Positions 20,301 to 30,187 of a stretch of DNA of 64,000 nt are shown piece after piece; the stretch's first letter is position 1; each line of letters starts with the position of its first letter. Origin of the DNA: an uncultured Bacteroidota bacterium (GTDB taxonomy: Bacteria > Bacteroidota > Bacteroidia > NS11-12g > UBA9320). The translations under genes and the position numbers were made by a program. The stretch covers positions 580,694 through 644,693 of the forward strand of contig CAKZLB010000013.1 in assembly GCA_937124965.1 (NCBI GenBank). The letters run 5' to 3'. The notes below the pieces were generated by a model. That model saw nothing but the letters and a program-made list of their open reading frames with translations. It had not been told where the DNA came from and ran no database searches.

Positions 20301-20415
20301 AGCAGGAACCTATTTTTATATCTTGGAGGTGACCGAAGGGAAATTCGGTTTAAACTCAGCCAATGAATTAAAAAATTATCGATCAGAAGGTACCGTTACT
20401 TTAATTCGAGAGTAA
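17308..20415 (+). CDS. T9SS type-B cargo: beta-propeller (SBBP-like) repeat protein with a PKD domain and a gliding-motility-associated C-terminal domain (CHU_C)
   Basis: Probable start MKHFIRWLILAWTFTAFVVSSFA (signal peptide). The ORF track starts at 17293. Repeated D(F/Y)P(V/T)(T/S) and YVGG motifs. PKD-like region (YWDFGDG...YEVTLTVIDSNSC). C-terminus FTPNDDGLNDTY...YNRWGELVF...GTYFYILEV...GTVTLIRE. Confidence 0.75.
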   Translation: MKHFIRWLILAWTFTAFVVSSFAVSTHNDDPDNAYLFEENKGQFHPNVLYRCRLPNGYLFLERGGFTYLFENQKDKAELMHLMHEHSFMGPNPIITQRAHSIKVQFVDADTNGPALGFDTVSYYHNYFVGSDRSKWSSNVRLYKHILYTELYDNVMLDFYTDSNGVLKYDWRVLANGDPSSIKLKITGADKLEIQNDSLLVHTTCGLLKESPPIIDQPRPGSEELLASANSPKCRFSLEENILTYDVYGYPEWTDNPDMKGGFTIDPALIFSTYSGSRGDNFGFTATYDSKSNLYAGGITDGNQGNYPVTAGAIQTDYGGGGTGLPEAGLPCDITISKYDSAGTTLLWATYVGGFNDEYPHSLVVNQDDDLYILGTTYSEDYPTSLNGFDTSFNGSVDIVITKISEDGTVLMGSTYIGGSDVDGLNSNSTLRYNYADDFRGDIIPDETKDIFVASCTRSPDFPMVEPVDSVQKFQEGCLLQLNSDLTDLKWSTFLGGGAQDALYSIKVDVDSMVYVGGGTSSTDIETTDDAIVSDYLGKVDGYVAALNRKTKKIVDLSYWGTAQYDQIYFIDLNEKGELFVAGQTTGNINPSNATIYGEANKGQFIAKLDVELETIKWQTSFGVRDNAIDISPSAFLVDNCEHIYMSGWGSSVRPDLNPGSTVGLETSANAVQKTTDGNDFYLIVLDKEAQSLLYATYFGGDTSGDHVDGGTSRFDKKGVVYQSVCSSCPDGFDPGHQDFPVTADAAFTKNLSPRCSNASFKIDLQIKSDVDAYFIPDPIIGCQPVLVNFDNRSDIAEKFYWDFGDGALDSTTLNPAHTYSEPGTYEVTLTVIDSNSCNISDVFRRTIEVVEKSTPAFDFTLDPCTFDAEIKLTSSAMSVLWKISDGTTETKDKFKRTFAPSSVNMVTLYVDLGTPCADSITKEINTSDLTERDVTQYNVFTPNDDGLNDTYCVDGLLDGCDEFRLWIYNRWGELVFETDKIDDCWNGNIDASGNPYPAGTYFYILEVTEGKFGLNSANELKNYRSEGTVTLIRE

Positions 20416-20424
20416 TTTTAATAT

Positions 20425-23400
20425 TTAGAGCTTAACTTGTTTAATGACTCTAACGACTTCATCATTTCGTCGAATAATTATAAAAAGAATACCAGCCTGA
20501 ATCTCAGACACATCCATGTTTGTTGAACGACTTGTTAATGTTGTCTTTTTCATAACAGTTTTACCAGACAAGTCAACTAACTCAACACTTACAGATGAAT
20601 ATTCCCATTCATCACATGAAATCCTTAACTTGTCAGAAATAGGGTTTGGACCAACCTTGACCACTCCTCTCTTCTGAGCATTGTCAAGACATCGTATATT
20701 GGAAAAATCAAAATTCCCATCAAAATCGATTTGTTTAATTCGATAACACACTGTCATAGCCAAAAGACTTTTTTGACTGTTGTCAATAAACGAATAAGTA
20801 TTCACTTCATAGGAATTCCCTTGTCCCATGATTGAACCTATTACCTCAAAATCATCTCCATCAATCGAGCGTTGAATATCAAACCGTTCGTTATTGATCT
20901 CGGAACCTGTAACCCAACGAAGCATATTCTCAGTAGAAGTACCTTTTTTCACCTCAAACGACAACCAAGAAACAGGAAGAGGGCCAGCACCGCCATTGCC
21001 ACCACCACCTGCTCCTACTCCAGAAAATCCATTGGTAAAAGTACCGATAACACATATATCGTCTCCATTAAACGTTGAGTCCCTTTCACTTGAAGTTGGT
21101 GCGGTTCCTTGAGCAACCGTGCTTGTAGAAATTGAATTAGTGGTTTTGAACAACTGAACATCTTTCGCATATTCTCCTGTGGTTGACTTCCAGCCGGACA
21201 ACTCCTCAGCAGTATAGTAAAGAGCTATTTTTACGGATGCTGTTCCATTATTTGTTGTCGGAGTAATTTTAATAGTTTTATCTAAGATTTTTTGCCCGTT
21301 TGCAGTGTTTGTACTAAAGTTTTTAGCGCCTGATCCCACTGCATCAATTTCGACAGTTGTGGCACCAAAATTATGACTGCCTAAATTCCAAATAGACGCA
21401 ATAAGTTTTCCTGAATTAGAATAATAATGTGCTGAATCGTTTCCAGGAAGGTCTAAAGTCTTTGTATACATACCGGTTTCAATTCCCCCTCCGGTAATCT
21501 TTTTGTTTGTTGGGCCACTGATAGTAAAATCATCTACTAAAAAACCAGCATTACTAAAACCATTGCTAAAATTATCCGAAACTTCAAACAAAATTCTAAA
21601 ACGCACATCAGCATTTCCTGCCAATGAGGATACATCGTGGGACGAAGCACTTTTAGAGTAGTTTCCGGCCCATCCCATTTCATCAGAAAAAATACTTGTG
21701 CTTATTTGACATCCACTTGAAGGTCCACGGTTGTACCAATTGGTACCAGTAGCATCTGTACCAAGTCGTGTCCAGGTAATTCCTTTATCAGTTGAGTATT
21801 GAACCTGTGATGCAAGAGGACCATTACAATATGTAATCTCCATACTTTTCACAAAACTTAGTGTGTATGTTCCACTTTCTGAGAAATTAAAACTAGGTGT
21901 AAGTAGCGCACATTCAATATCTGCATCTACCATATCTGCATCTAAATCTGTAACCCAGGCGTTTGAACCATTATAATCACTAGTGTTGAAACCATTACTC
22001 GGAGCTCCCCTTTCCCACAATTGAGTTCCACCTGAAACAATTTTACCCGCAAAATGCCATGGATTTGATTCCATGTCTCCTCCATCGGAAGTGGTATAAG
22101 GTACCGCTAAGTTGGGTAAAATTTGAATAGACTTCGTGGTTGTTAATGATCCGTTGATTGTCAGCTTAACCGTGTACAAACCTCCTTCTCCAAATGCATA
22201 ACTTGTATTCTGATCCGTCGACTCACTGATTCCATCATTATCGAAATCCCAAGACCAGCTTGTAGCTCCAAAAGAATCATCGTAAAAATCTATTTCCTCT
22301 CCAACGTAGGCCACAGATCCGCTTGATGCAATTTGTGCAACAATCCTGTTGGAAAAAAACTTAGTTGTAAAAACCCCTCTACCATGTGTTGCTGCTAAAA
22401 CTAAAGAATCTGATTCACGGTATTGCAGCATATCTACACGACAATTTGCTAAGCCTGTATTTGAAACGTCCCAGCTTGTACTTCCTCCGTTTAAATTCGT
22501 CGTGCTCCAAACTCCTAATTCAGTGGCTAATAAGACACTATCTCCACCCCAAGGACTAAATAGTGCCCATCGGACTGGCATATCGGGCAAGTCTCCTTCA
22601 ACACTAGACCATGATGTCCCACCGTTTGTAGATTCATATACACTAGTCGCTCCGTAATTTGAATAGGTTACTAGAAGATGCGATGCGTCGAATGGATCCT
22701 CCGCAATACAACTTACAGTAACACTTGTTGGTAAACCTGTTGAGATATTAGTTGCACTTGGACTTCCATTTGCGTTCGTAACTTTCACCACACGTCCTGC
22801 CTCAGTTCCTAAATAAATTGTAGTCGGGTTACTAGGAGAAACTAAAACCGCAGATGCTTGGCTTCCATTCATAGCAGATATTGATATGTTTGTCTGACTT
22901 GGAGTGCCTCCTATGTTTGACCAACGATAGAAATAGCCAGCATCACTGCCAGCATAAAGAATTTTGTTATCACTATCGTAATCAGAGGCGTTAATAAAGT
23001 TCCCTTTCCCACTTGAATAACTTGTATACGTGCTAAAACCGTCGGTTGATATTCGAATATTATTATTAGTATAAGCCGTAATCTGGGTGTCTGGGTGCTC
23101 GGTATCAATATGACAAAATCCTCCATCACCACCAGTAACTTCATCTGTAGAATTTACACCACCCGACTGAAACCGTTGAGAACCATTATCCTGCGATCCT
23201 GTCAAAAAATAGTTAACTAAAGGACTTGGATGAATTGCTCCAGCATAAAACTGGGTTACATTATATCCATTATTTATCATAGTCCAAGTTGGAGGAGAGG
23301 ATTGGACATTTTCCGTAAGGTAAATCCCTCCATCGTTGCCATTTAACATTGTATCGTCACTCCCTGGTGCAAATATTAACACATGATGATCCGAGTGTAC

Positions 23401-24684
23401 TTCGGAATATCCACCACAACCAACCCATGAAGATAATTGAGTCCAACTCGTTCCTGCATTTGTTGTTTTGAAAAGATTTATCCCACCAACGTATAAAGTT
23501 TCTTTGTCTGATGGATCGACCACAGATGCCAGGTTATACCACGCTTGATTTCTAGTAAAATCCGTTGATTTGGTTGAACCACATTGATCATACCATTCAA
23601 TAGTTGTACAGGAGGTCCAGTTACTTCCCCCATCTGTTGATTTCATTATTTTCTCAATAGGATTTCCAGAGCTTTGCACTAGTGCATAAACATAGTCAAC
23701 ATCAGACGGAGCACATACTATGTCAATTCGTCGTTCACTATTCGTGTTTGCATTGTAGACACTTGAAAAACTCTTTGCTGAATCTGTTGATTTGAATATC
23801 CCATCTGAGGTTCCAATTCCAAAAGATGCAAAAAAGGTTTTGCCATCTGCCGCCAATTCAATATCAGCACATCTGTCATATTCGGCACTACTAGTCGTAG
23901 TGTATCGTTCGAGCACTTCTGTAAACGAATTACCACCATTGGTTGATCTATACACACCACCATTATTTATGTAATACCCTCGAGTTCCAACAATTACATT
24001 CCCAGAACCGTCAACAATGATTTTGCTGATGTAGGAGAAATTATCATTGGTTGTTGCTGCTAATTGTGTCCATGTTGAGCCTGTATCCGTGCTTTTCCAA
24101 ATTCCGTCTCCTTGTACCGCGTCAATATTGAAGTATCCCTCACCAGTACCAAAGTACATAATGGCTGGGTTTGTTGGATCCTGAGCAATAGACGTAATTG
24201 CCATATTAGAAAAGAAATCATTCACTGGCGTCCATTCAATCGGAGTTCCGTAAACATTGGTAGTTTTCCATAAACCTCCCGATACTGAACCCGCAAAAAC
24301 AGTTTTGTGTGTTGGATCCGATTCGTCAAAGACAATAGTTCTAGTTCTGCCTCCAACATTATTCGGCCCTCGTTCTGACCAAGTTATTCCGCTAATCGCT
24401 GCCTTGTCATGTCGGCTTTGTTTGGCACGAATAACATTGTAGGCATCCATCAAGCGTTCTCTTGGAACCCTTCCAGTTTCTGGATCCTTTGTTCGCTCAA
24501 ATTCTTGAAGCATTGCAAGATCCATTCGATCTCTCAATGACATTTTTGATTTATTCCCAGTAACATTCTCTTCAATAGTGGCTAAATCATTTCCAGAGAA
24601 ATGCAAAACAACCATAAGAATGGCTGCAAAACTTATTAGTACAGCGTAAGCAAGTCTAGTTATTTTCATTACATAACGTTTCAA
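20425..24684 (-). CDS. T9SS type-A cargo: sortilin/VPS10-like BNR (Asp-box) repeat protein with PKD-like domains and a Por_Secre_tail C-terminal domain
   Basis: Signal anchor at N-terminus. At least ten S-x-D-x-G-x-(T/S)-W Asp-box repeats (STDTGSTWTQL, STNGGNSF, STDGGSNWTS, TNAGTSWTQL, STNGGTSWSSV...). C-terminal GPNP motif plus ~80-aa tail ending RVIKQVKL. 1419 aa. Confidence 0.75.
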   Translation of the reverse strand: MKRYVMKITRLAYAVLISFAAILMVVLHFSGNDLATIEENVTGNKSKMSLRDRMDLAMLQEFERTKDPETGRVPRERLMDAYNVIRAKQSRHDKAAISGITWSERGPNNVGGRTRTIVFDESDPTHKTVFAGSVSGGLWKTTNVYGTPIEWTPVNDFFSNMAITSIAQDPTNPAIMYFGTGEGYFNIDAVQGDGIWKSTDTGSTWTQLAATTNDNFSYISKIIVDGSGNVIVGTRGYYINNGGVYRSTNGGNSFTEVLERYTTTSSAEYDRCADIELAADGKTFFASFGIGTSDGIFKSTDSAKSFSSVYNANTNSERRIDIVCAPSDVDYVYALVQSSGNPIEKIMKSTDGGSNWTSCTTIEWYDQCGSTKSTDFTRNQAWYNLASVVDPSDKETLYVGGINLFKTTNAGTSWTQLSSWVGCGGYSEVHSDHHVLIFAPGSDDTMLNGNDGGIYLTENVQSSPPTWTMINNGYNVTQFYAGAIHPSPLVNYFLTGSQDNGSQRFQSGGVNSTDEVTGGDGGFCHIDTEHPDTQITAYTNNNIRISTDGFSTYTSYSSGKGNFINASDYDSDNKILYAGSDAGYFYRWSNIGGTPSQTNISISAMNGSQASAVLVSPSNPTTIYLGTEAGRVVKVTNANGSPSATNISTGLPTSVTVSCIAEDPFDASHLLVTYSNYGATSVYESTNGGTSWSSVEGDLPDMPVRWALFSPWGGDSVLLATELGVWSTTNLNGGSTSWDVSNTGLANCRVDMLQYRESDSLVLAATHGRGVFTTKFFSNRIVAQIASSGSVAYVGEEIDFYDDSFGATSWSWDFDNDGISESTDQNTSYAFGEGGLYTVKLTINGSLTTTKSIQILPNLAVPYTTSDGGDMESNPWHFAGKIVSGGTQLWERGAPSNGFNTSDYNGSNAWVTDLDADMVDADIECALLTPSFNFSESGTYTLSFVKSMEITYCNGPLASQVQYSTDKGITWTRLGTDATGTNWYNRGPSSGCQISTSIFSDEMGWAGNYSKSASSHDVSSLAGNADVRFRILFEVSDNFSNGFSNAGFLVDDFTISGPTNKKITGGGIETGMYTKTLDLPGNDSAHYYSNSGKLIASIWNLGSHNFGATTVEIDAVGSGAKNFSTNTANGQKILDKTIKITPTTNNGTASVKIALYYTAEELSGWKSTTGEYAKDVQLFKTTNSISTSTVAQGTAPTSSERDSTFNGDDICVIGTFTNGFSGVGAGGGGNGGAGPLPVSWLSFEVKKGTSTENMLRWVTGSEINNERFDIQRSIDGDDFEVIGSIMGQGNSYEVNTYSFIDNSQKSLLAMTVCYRIKQIDFDGNFDFSNIRCLDNAQKRGVVKVGPNPISDKLRISCDEWEYSSVSVELVDLSGKTVMKKTTLTSRSTNMDVSEIQAGILFIIIRRNDEVVRVIKQVKL

Positions 24685-24714
24685 GGGAAAGTTACAAATA
24701 CGATACGAAAAGTC

Positions 24715-24747
24715 ATAAAAAAAGTCGCAAGAAACTTGCGACTTTGT
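24715..24747 (-). terminator. Rho-independent terminator downstream of sucD
   Basis: Perfect 9-bp stem agtcgcaag-aaa-cttgcgact. On the minus strand it is followed by T7 (the A-run 24717..24723 on the plus strand). Confidence 0.65.
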
Positions 24748-24768
24748 ATAATATCTTGTTGACTAAAT

Positions 24769-25638
24769 TTAATTCAGTACCTCTGCCATTTTCTTTCCAA
24801 TTTCTGCAGGTGAGTCAACTACATGAATACCGCATTCTCTCATTATTGCTTTTTTAGCTGCAGCAGTATCATCTTTACCTCCAACAATAGCCCCTGCGTG
24901 ACCCATTCTACGACCTTTTGGTGCCGTTTCACCAGCAATAAAACCAACAACTGGTTTCGTTCCATTAGCTTTAATCCAACGTGCGGCATCTGCCTCCATG
25001 CTTCCACCTATTTCACCTATCATAATGATTCCATCTGTTTCAGGATCATTCATTAATAGTTCAACTGCTTCTTTTGTTGAAGTCCCAATAATTGGGTCTC
25101 CCCCAATACCGATTGCTGTTGACTGCCCTAAACCAGCTTTCGTTATTTGATCAACTGCTTCATAAGTCAATGTTCCTGATTTAGATACAATACCTATTCT
25201 TCCAGGATTAAAGATAAAACCTGGCATGATACCAACTTTTGCCTCACCAGCAGTCATTACACCTGGGCAATTTGGACCAACCATTCTACAATCTTTTCCA
25301 GAGAGGTATTCTTTCACAACAATCATATCTTTTGTTGGGATACCTTCTGTTATACAAACGATGACTTTAATTCCAGCGTCAGCAGCCTCCATAATTGCGT
25401 CCGCTGCAAAAGCTGGTGGAACAAAAATGATACTTACGTCCGCGCCTGTAGTTTTTACTGCTTCTTCAACAGTATTAAATACCGGCTTATCTAAATGTAT
25501 TTGTCCACCTTTTCCAGGAGTTACACCACCAACAACTTGAGTTCCATACTCTATCATTTGGCCAGCATGAAAAGTACCTTCTCCACCAGTGAAACCTTGA
25601 ACAATGATTTTCGAATTTTTATTGACTAAAACGCTCAT
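24769..25638 (-). CDS. sucD: succinate--CoA ligase [ADP-forming] subunit alpha
   Basis: [46 protein letters not shown] and the CoA-binding and phospho-His regions (…[10 protein letters not shown]…, …GHAGAI…). 289 aa. No sucC is adjacent in this window. Confidence 0.9.
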   Translation of the reverse strand: MSVLVNKNSKIIVQGFTGGEGTFHAGQMIEYGTQVVGGVTPGKGGQIHLDKPVFNTVEEAVKTTGADVSIIFVPPAFAADAIMEAADAGIKVIVCITEGIPTKDMIVVKEYLSGKDCRMVGPNCPGVMTAGEAKVGIMPGFIFNPGRIGIVSKSGTLTYEAVDQITKAGLGQSTAIGIGGDPIIGTSTKEAVELLMNDPETDGIIMIGEIGGSMEADAARWIKANGTKPVVGFIAGETAPKGRRMGHAGAIVGGKDDTAAAKKAIMRECGIHVVDSPAEIGKKMAEVLN

Positions 25639-25708
25639 AATTATCTAATCCTTTACAGCGCGCAAAGGTATGGATTTACATGAAAGAAACTAGTTACCAA
25701 ATGATAAC

Positions 25709-28700
25709 CTATCGAATAATATGTAGTACTCCATTTATGGTTTCCCATCGCTCTGTTTCGATGTTTCTGTAGCGAACAATATAAACATAACTACCTAAGT
25801 GAGGCTCCTTACCATTGTAAGTTCCGTCCCACTTTTCTAATGGATTCTCCGAGTGGAAAACTTCTTCTCCCCAACTATTATAAATCTTCATTTCATAACC
25901 TTGTACATCTCCAACCATACCATCAATACCAAATAAGTCATTTACTAAATCACCGTTTGGAGAAAAAGCTGATGGAGCGTGAAGGAAAAAGTCAAGTTTA
26001 ACGTAGATATCTCGCATAGTAGTATCACTACATCCATTTGCTGCTGTTGCAACGAGTGTTGCAGTGTAATTTCCAGGTTCTAAGCTATGGTCAACTACAT
26101 CTCCTGTATGTGTTGTCCCGTCTGATACGAACCAATTAAACGTTATTGCATCTGGAGATGATTCGTTCACAAATTGAATAGCAGGCTCTAACAAGCTTGG
26201 TTCTTCAGGATTAAAGCTGAACGCAGCAACAGGCTTAGTTAAAACATCAATTGGATTTGCTAAAGTCAAAGATGACATACACCCTGCATTACTTATCGCA
26301 TCAATGGTAACCGAGTATGACCCTGGGTTCACATAAATATGGGAAGGAGAAATACCTGTCGTGCTATTTCCATCTCCAAAGTCGAAATCAAATTGACTAA
26401 TTGTACCGCTAGCAATTGAAGAATTATTTTGAAAATTCACCAAAAGCGGCTGACAACCTGATATCGGATCCGCCACTACATCAATAACAGGTAATGGTGA
26501 AATTGTAAAACTTCGTGAAAGTGAGTCAACACAACCGAAACCAGATGTAATAATCATATTTACACTGTACTCTTGAGCAGCAGGAAAAACTCTAGAAATG
26601 GTTCCACCTGATGCATTTGAACCGTCGTCGTAAACCCAATTTGTACTTGCAATTGACCCTGAAGCAATTGTCGAACCTGAGGTAAAACTAGTTGTTTGGT
26701 TTAAGCACGTATCCATATAAGTAAACGATGGGATTGGTAAAGGATATACCTCTACCGATTCCGTAACTGCATGATTACAGCCTTTGGAACTTGTAACAAT
26801 TAGTCGAATATTATTCGACCCTATTACGCTACTTGTAATCGTTGGGTTTGTATTCGTAGTCTCAAGAGAGTTATTTACGTACCAATTGGTGCTACTAATC
26901 GTCTCGCCAGCTTCAATTGAACTATTATTTGTAATTACAAAATCCTCACCTATACAAACAGGGCTTACCGTAAAGCTTGCAACAGGAGTTGCCCAAACAT
27001 TAAAGGAGTCTTTGTAGCTAAGTGCACAATTATTCTTTGTCACGGCATCTAGCGTAATCTCAAACTTTCCTGTTGTCGCTGAGTTAAATTTCAGTGTATC
27101 TGTGGAAGAAGTTGTTCCATTTGCATCCCAACTATAAGAGGATATAGTATCTCCGTCTAAATCAATGTTAGCAGTTATTGAACCGTCAGTATTTTGACAA
27201 ATATTAGGTATCGTAAAGTTGGTAATTTTAGGTTCATAAATCCGCATAGAAAGAGTCGATGTGTCTGCACAACCCTTATCTGAAATAGCAATCAATTGTA
27301 TGTCCTTGGTCCCTTTTGAGGAATACTTAACCTTAGCAGTATCATTTGTTGACGTGATTCCATCATCAAAATCCCAATTTGTTGCTGCCACTGTTCCTCC
27401 AGAAATTGTAGACGTGTTTGTAAACACAATTGAATCTACTAAACAACTTGAGCTAACCGTAAAGTTTGCATTAATATTAGGGTCCACTTCCACTTGCTTC
27501 GTCACAGAGTCTCGACATAAGGTATCCAACGAACCAACCAAGGTAATATCATAAGTACCTGTAGTTGAGAACGAGTGATTCACATCTTTTAAAGTGTACT
27601 CCGTACCTCCTGGAAACTTCCATAGCCAGTCTTTTAAAGTACCAGCATCAGCAGTCGACACGTTCTTGAAATCTACACCAAAACCAGCACACGTATCTTT
27701 CGAATCAAAATCAATGATAAATCGTGGATGCTTCATCAACGTATCTCTATAAGAACCCGTACAACCACTATCAGTAGTCACAATCAAATCTGCATAGTAT
27801 GTTCCTGAGTCTGCATAAAAATGTTTAGGAGAAGATAAATCGCTTGAATCACCATCGCCAAAATACCACTTGTTCATTTCAATGGAACCAGTTCTTACCG
27901 TTGACGTATTCATGAATTCACTAGAATCATTGAAACACACATCTTCGACATTAAAACTCGCGTCGGGTAGCGGATTAATCGTAATTGTTCGCTTCATGGT
28001 ATCATAACATTGATTGGCCGTTCGGACAATATACCTTATGTCGTAGTCACCCGCTGTATCATAATAAAACGATGCGTTGGCAGCATATTTTGTAGAATTA
28101 TTATGGAAAATATATTGTCTAACCTGAATTGTTTCTGATCCAAGTGCTTTACTCGAATCCGTAAAGTTCACAGTTCCTTTTTCACATCGAGTAGTCATGC
28201 CAAAATCTGAGATTGGTTTGCTGTTAACACGTATTTCCATTAAGGTAGAATCATATGTTGAGCATCCATCAAAAAGCACTTTGTATGTAAATAATGTTAC
28301 TTCATAATTTCCTGTGTCTTTATATACATGAGTCACATTCTGAGCGGTATCTCTTGTACCGTCTCCGTAATCCCAAATCCACTGACTTACCTTATATTCA
28401 GCAGTGCCATCAAACTTCGCAGCATCCCCCAAACAAATCGAATTAATGTCAGCTTGAGCAGAGTTTGCAAGTTCAATCTGTGCAGTTAAATCTCTTACGT
28501 TGGCTCCTGCAGAATACCCGTACGATTCATAGTTGGCAAATCCATAAGCGATTGCCAAGAAACCAACATCAGATGACATTTGATGATTTCCCTTGGTTAC
28601 TGTAATTTGGGCATAAGAGAAGTTCGAGTATTTAGGAACTTTTGTAAAACTTGCTGTTTTACCATCAATCCTAAAAGAGTTAACCCCGGCATTCGGAATA

Positions 28701-29848
28701 ATAACGTTGATATAATGATCGTCAATATCCTCGTATTCAGAGGAATACACAGTAATATTTTTTAACGTCTGCTCAATTGGATTGAGAATGGTCATTGATG
28801 GATCCCCATCTCCACCACACTTTCTAGACGTCTGATATTGTGCAACGCAAATAGGTTTCCCGGCCAAAATATATTTCGTTTCATCTACGTCATACAAATC
28901 GTAATACTCTCCAGCACTTAACCCTTTTACGGTAGGAGGTCCAGATTCATGCGTGATAACAATTTGTGTATTATCTTCTGCAGCAATAACTCTAAGATTG
29001 TCGACTTTTCGACCTTTGAACGGAATAGTAACAAATCGGGTACCCCAAGAACGAGTTGGATATAATTGCTGATACAAATTATCACGTGAGTTTTGCCCAC
29101 CTCCAGGGCTACCGCAAAGTAGATATGTATCACTACTCCCAGAAAACACTGCGACCGTTCTACAATTTGAGTTTGCCCCTGTATCAATTACTTCAATGTG
29201 AGTACCTGTGACATCTTGCGTCGACCCACTACTTTTAGCACGTCCTTGATAACACTCTCCTTCATCCAAAGTTATTTCATAGCTTTTATTGGCTGTTAAA
29301 TCTCCAGTACTTCCGCTTAATGTCACTGTAGGTGTTATGCGTACCTTTGTATCATCCTTACTAGCAATAATCATAAATTGAGATCGCCCACTACTTTGCC
29401 TTTGTTCGTATGACATTGCATAATATTCCTTACCAGTTGTTGGTGTTGGCAACACTAGCGTTGCATCCGAGCAATACTGATGGTAAATGTGAGAATACAC
29501 TACGATTCGTTCCACTGACGTCACGTGAATTCCTCTACCTTGGATGCAGTCAGAGCAAGACACGTACGCAACACTGGTTGGAATTTGAACCAGCGTCATT
29601 TCATTTGCCTTAACAGAGAAAGTTGTAGACCAAGACTGCCCTGGCACTTCAACTTTTCCAGTGGTATTTGAATCCGATGTTATGTAAAGGTACATCGAAG
29701 CAGAAGTACCATTTCGATGGTTCATAAATCCCACCCAAAAATCTGTTCCTTTATTTGAACTATTTTGAGCAGATACTGATTGATTGACTGCAATCAACGA
29801 CAATAAAAAAGTGCTTATTAATAAATATCGAGTGATTGTTTTCGACAT
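25709..29848 (-). CDS. T9SS type-B cargo: large multi-PKD/Ig-like-domain surface protein with a gliding-motility-associated C-terminal domain
   Basis: Probable start MSKTITRYLLISTFLLSLIAVNQSVSAQ. The ORF track starts 48 nt earlier at 29896. Many PKD-type repeats (WDFGDG..., FDFGDGNS..., YGDGT...). C-terminus FSPNGDLVNDLFGI...IYNSWGEEVF...GSYVYIVRY...LHIIR. Confidence 0.75.
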   Translation of the reverse strand: MSKTITRYLLISTFLLSLIAVNQSVSAQNSSNKGTDFWVGFMNHRNGTSASMYLYITSDSNTTGKVEVPGQSWSTTFSVKANEMTLVQIPTSVAYVSCSDCIQGRGIHVTSVERIVVYSHIYHQYCSDATLVLPTPTTGKEYYAMSYEQRQSSGRSQFMIIASKDDTKVRITPTVTLSGSTGDLTANKSYEITLDEGECYQGRAKSSGSTQDVTGTHIEVIDTGANSNCRTVAVFSGSSDTYLLCGSPGGGQNSRDNLYQQLYPTRSWGTRFVTIPFKGRKVDNLRVIAAEDNTQIVITHESGPPTVKGLSAGEYYDLYDVDETKYILAGKPICVAQYQTSRKCGGDGDPSMTILNPIEQTLKNITVYSSEYEDIDDHYINVIIPNAGVNSFRIDGKTASFTKVPKYSNFSYAQITVTKGNHQMSSDVGFLAIAYGFANYESYGYSAGANVRDLTAQIELANSAQADINSICLGDAAKFDGTAEYKVSQWIWDYGDGTRDTAQNVTHVYKDTGNYEVTLFTYKVLFDGCSTYDSTLMEIRVNSKPISDFGMTTRCEKGTVNFTDSSKALGSETIQVRQYIFHNNSTKYAANASFYYDTAGDYDIRYIVRTANQCYDTMKRTITINPLPDASFNVEDVCFNDSSEFMNTSTVRTGSIEMNKWYFGDGDSSDLSSPKHFYADSGTYYADLIVTTDSGCTGSYRDTLMKHPRFIIDFDSKDTCAGFGVDFKNVSTADAGTLKDWLWKFPGGTEYTLKDVNHSFSTTGTYDITLVGSLDTLCRDSVTKQVEVDPNINANFTVSSSCLVDSIVFTNTSTISGGTVAATNWDFDDGITSTNDTAKVKYSSKGTKDIQLIAISDKGCADTSTLSMRIYEPKITNFTIPNICQNTDGSITANIDLDGDTISSYSWDANGTTSSTDTLKFNSATTGKFEITLDAVTKNNCALSYKDSFNVWATPVASFTVSPVCIGEDFVITNNSSIEAGETISSTNWYVNNSLETTNTNPTITSSVIGSNNIRLIVTSSKGCNHAVTESVEVYPLPIPSFTYMDTCLNQTTSFTSGSTIASGSIASTNWVYDDGSNASGGTISRVFPAAQEYSVNMIITSGFGCVDSLSRSFTISPLPVIDVVADPISGCQPLLVNFQNNSSIASGTISQFDFDFGDGNSTTGISPSHIYVNPGSYSVTIDAISNAGCMSSLTLANPIDVLTKPVAAFSFNPEEPSLLEPAIQFVNESSPDAITFNWFVSDGTTHTGDVVDHSLEPGNYTATLVATAANGCSDTTMRDIYVKLDFFLHAPSAFSPNGDLVNDLFGIDGMVGDVQGYEMKIYNSWGEEVFHSENPLEKWDGTYNGKEPHLGSYVYIVRYRNIETERWETINGVLHIIR

Positions 29849-30140
29849 AAAGTGCACGGTAGGAAACGCCTTATCCATAATGCTATTTGCTTTCAACTTA
29901 TACTTAACTTAAATACCCTTGTTCCTAATAGGTTCAGGGCTACCAAAAATAAGATTTTATCAGAATATTTTTTTTAGTGGACAATTTCGTGACAGTCGCA
30001 CTACAAACACAATAAAACCTACTGATTACAAAGACGTTACCTTTAAACTTTTTTGACAAATGCGTCTAATTTAAATGTCACTGAGTAGTTATCGGTGATT
30101 TTCACTTATTTAAAAAGTCAATTCTGTGAGTATTAAAAAT

Positions 30141-30167
30141 GAAAAAAGACCTCGTCAGAGGTCTTAC
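30141..30167 (-). terminator. Rho-independent terminator downstream of rtcB
   Basis: Hairpin aagacctc-gtca-gaggtctt. On the minus strand it is followed by TTTTCATTTTT. Confidence 0.6.
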
Positions 30168-30187
30168 AATTATAAATAATTTTATAT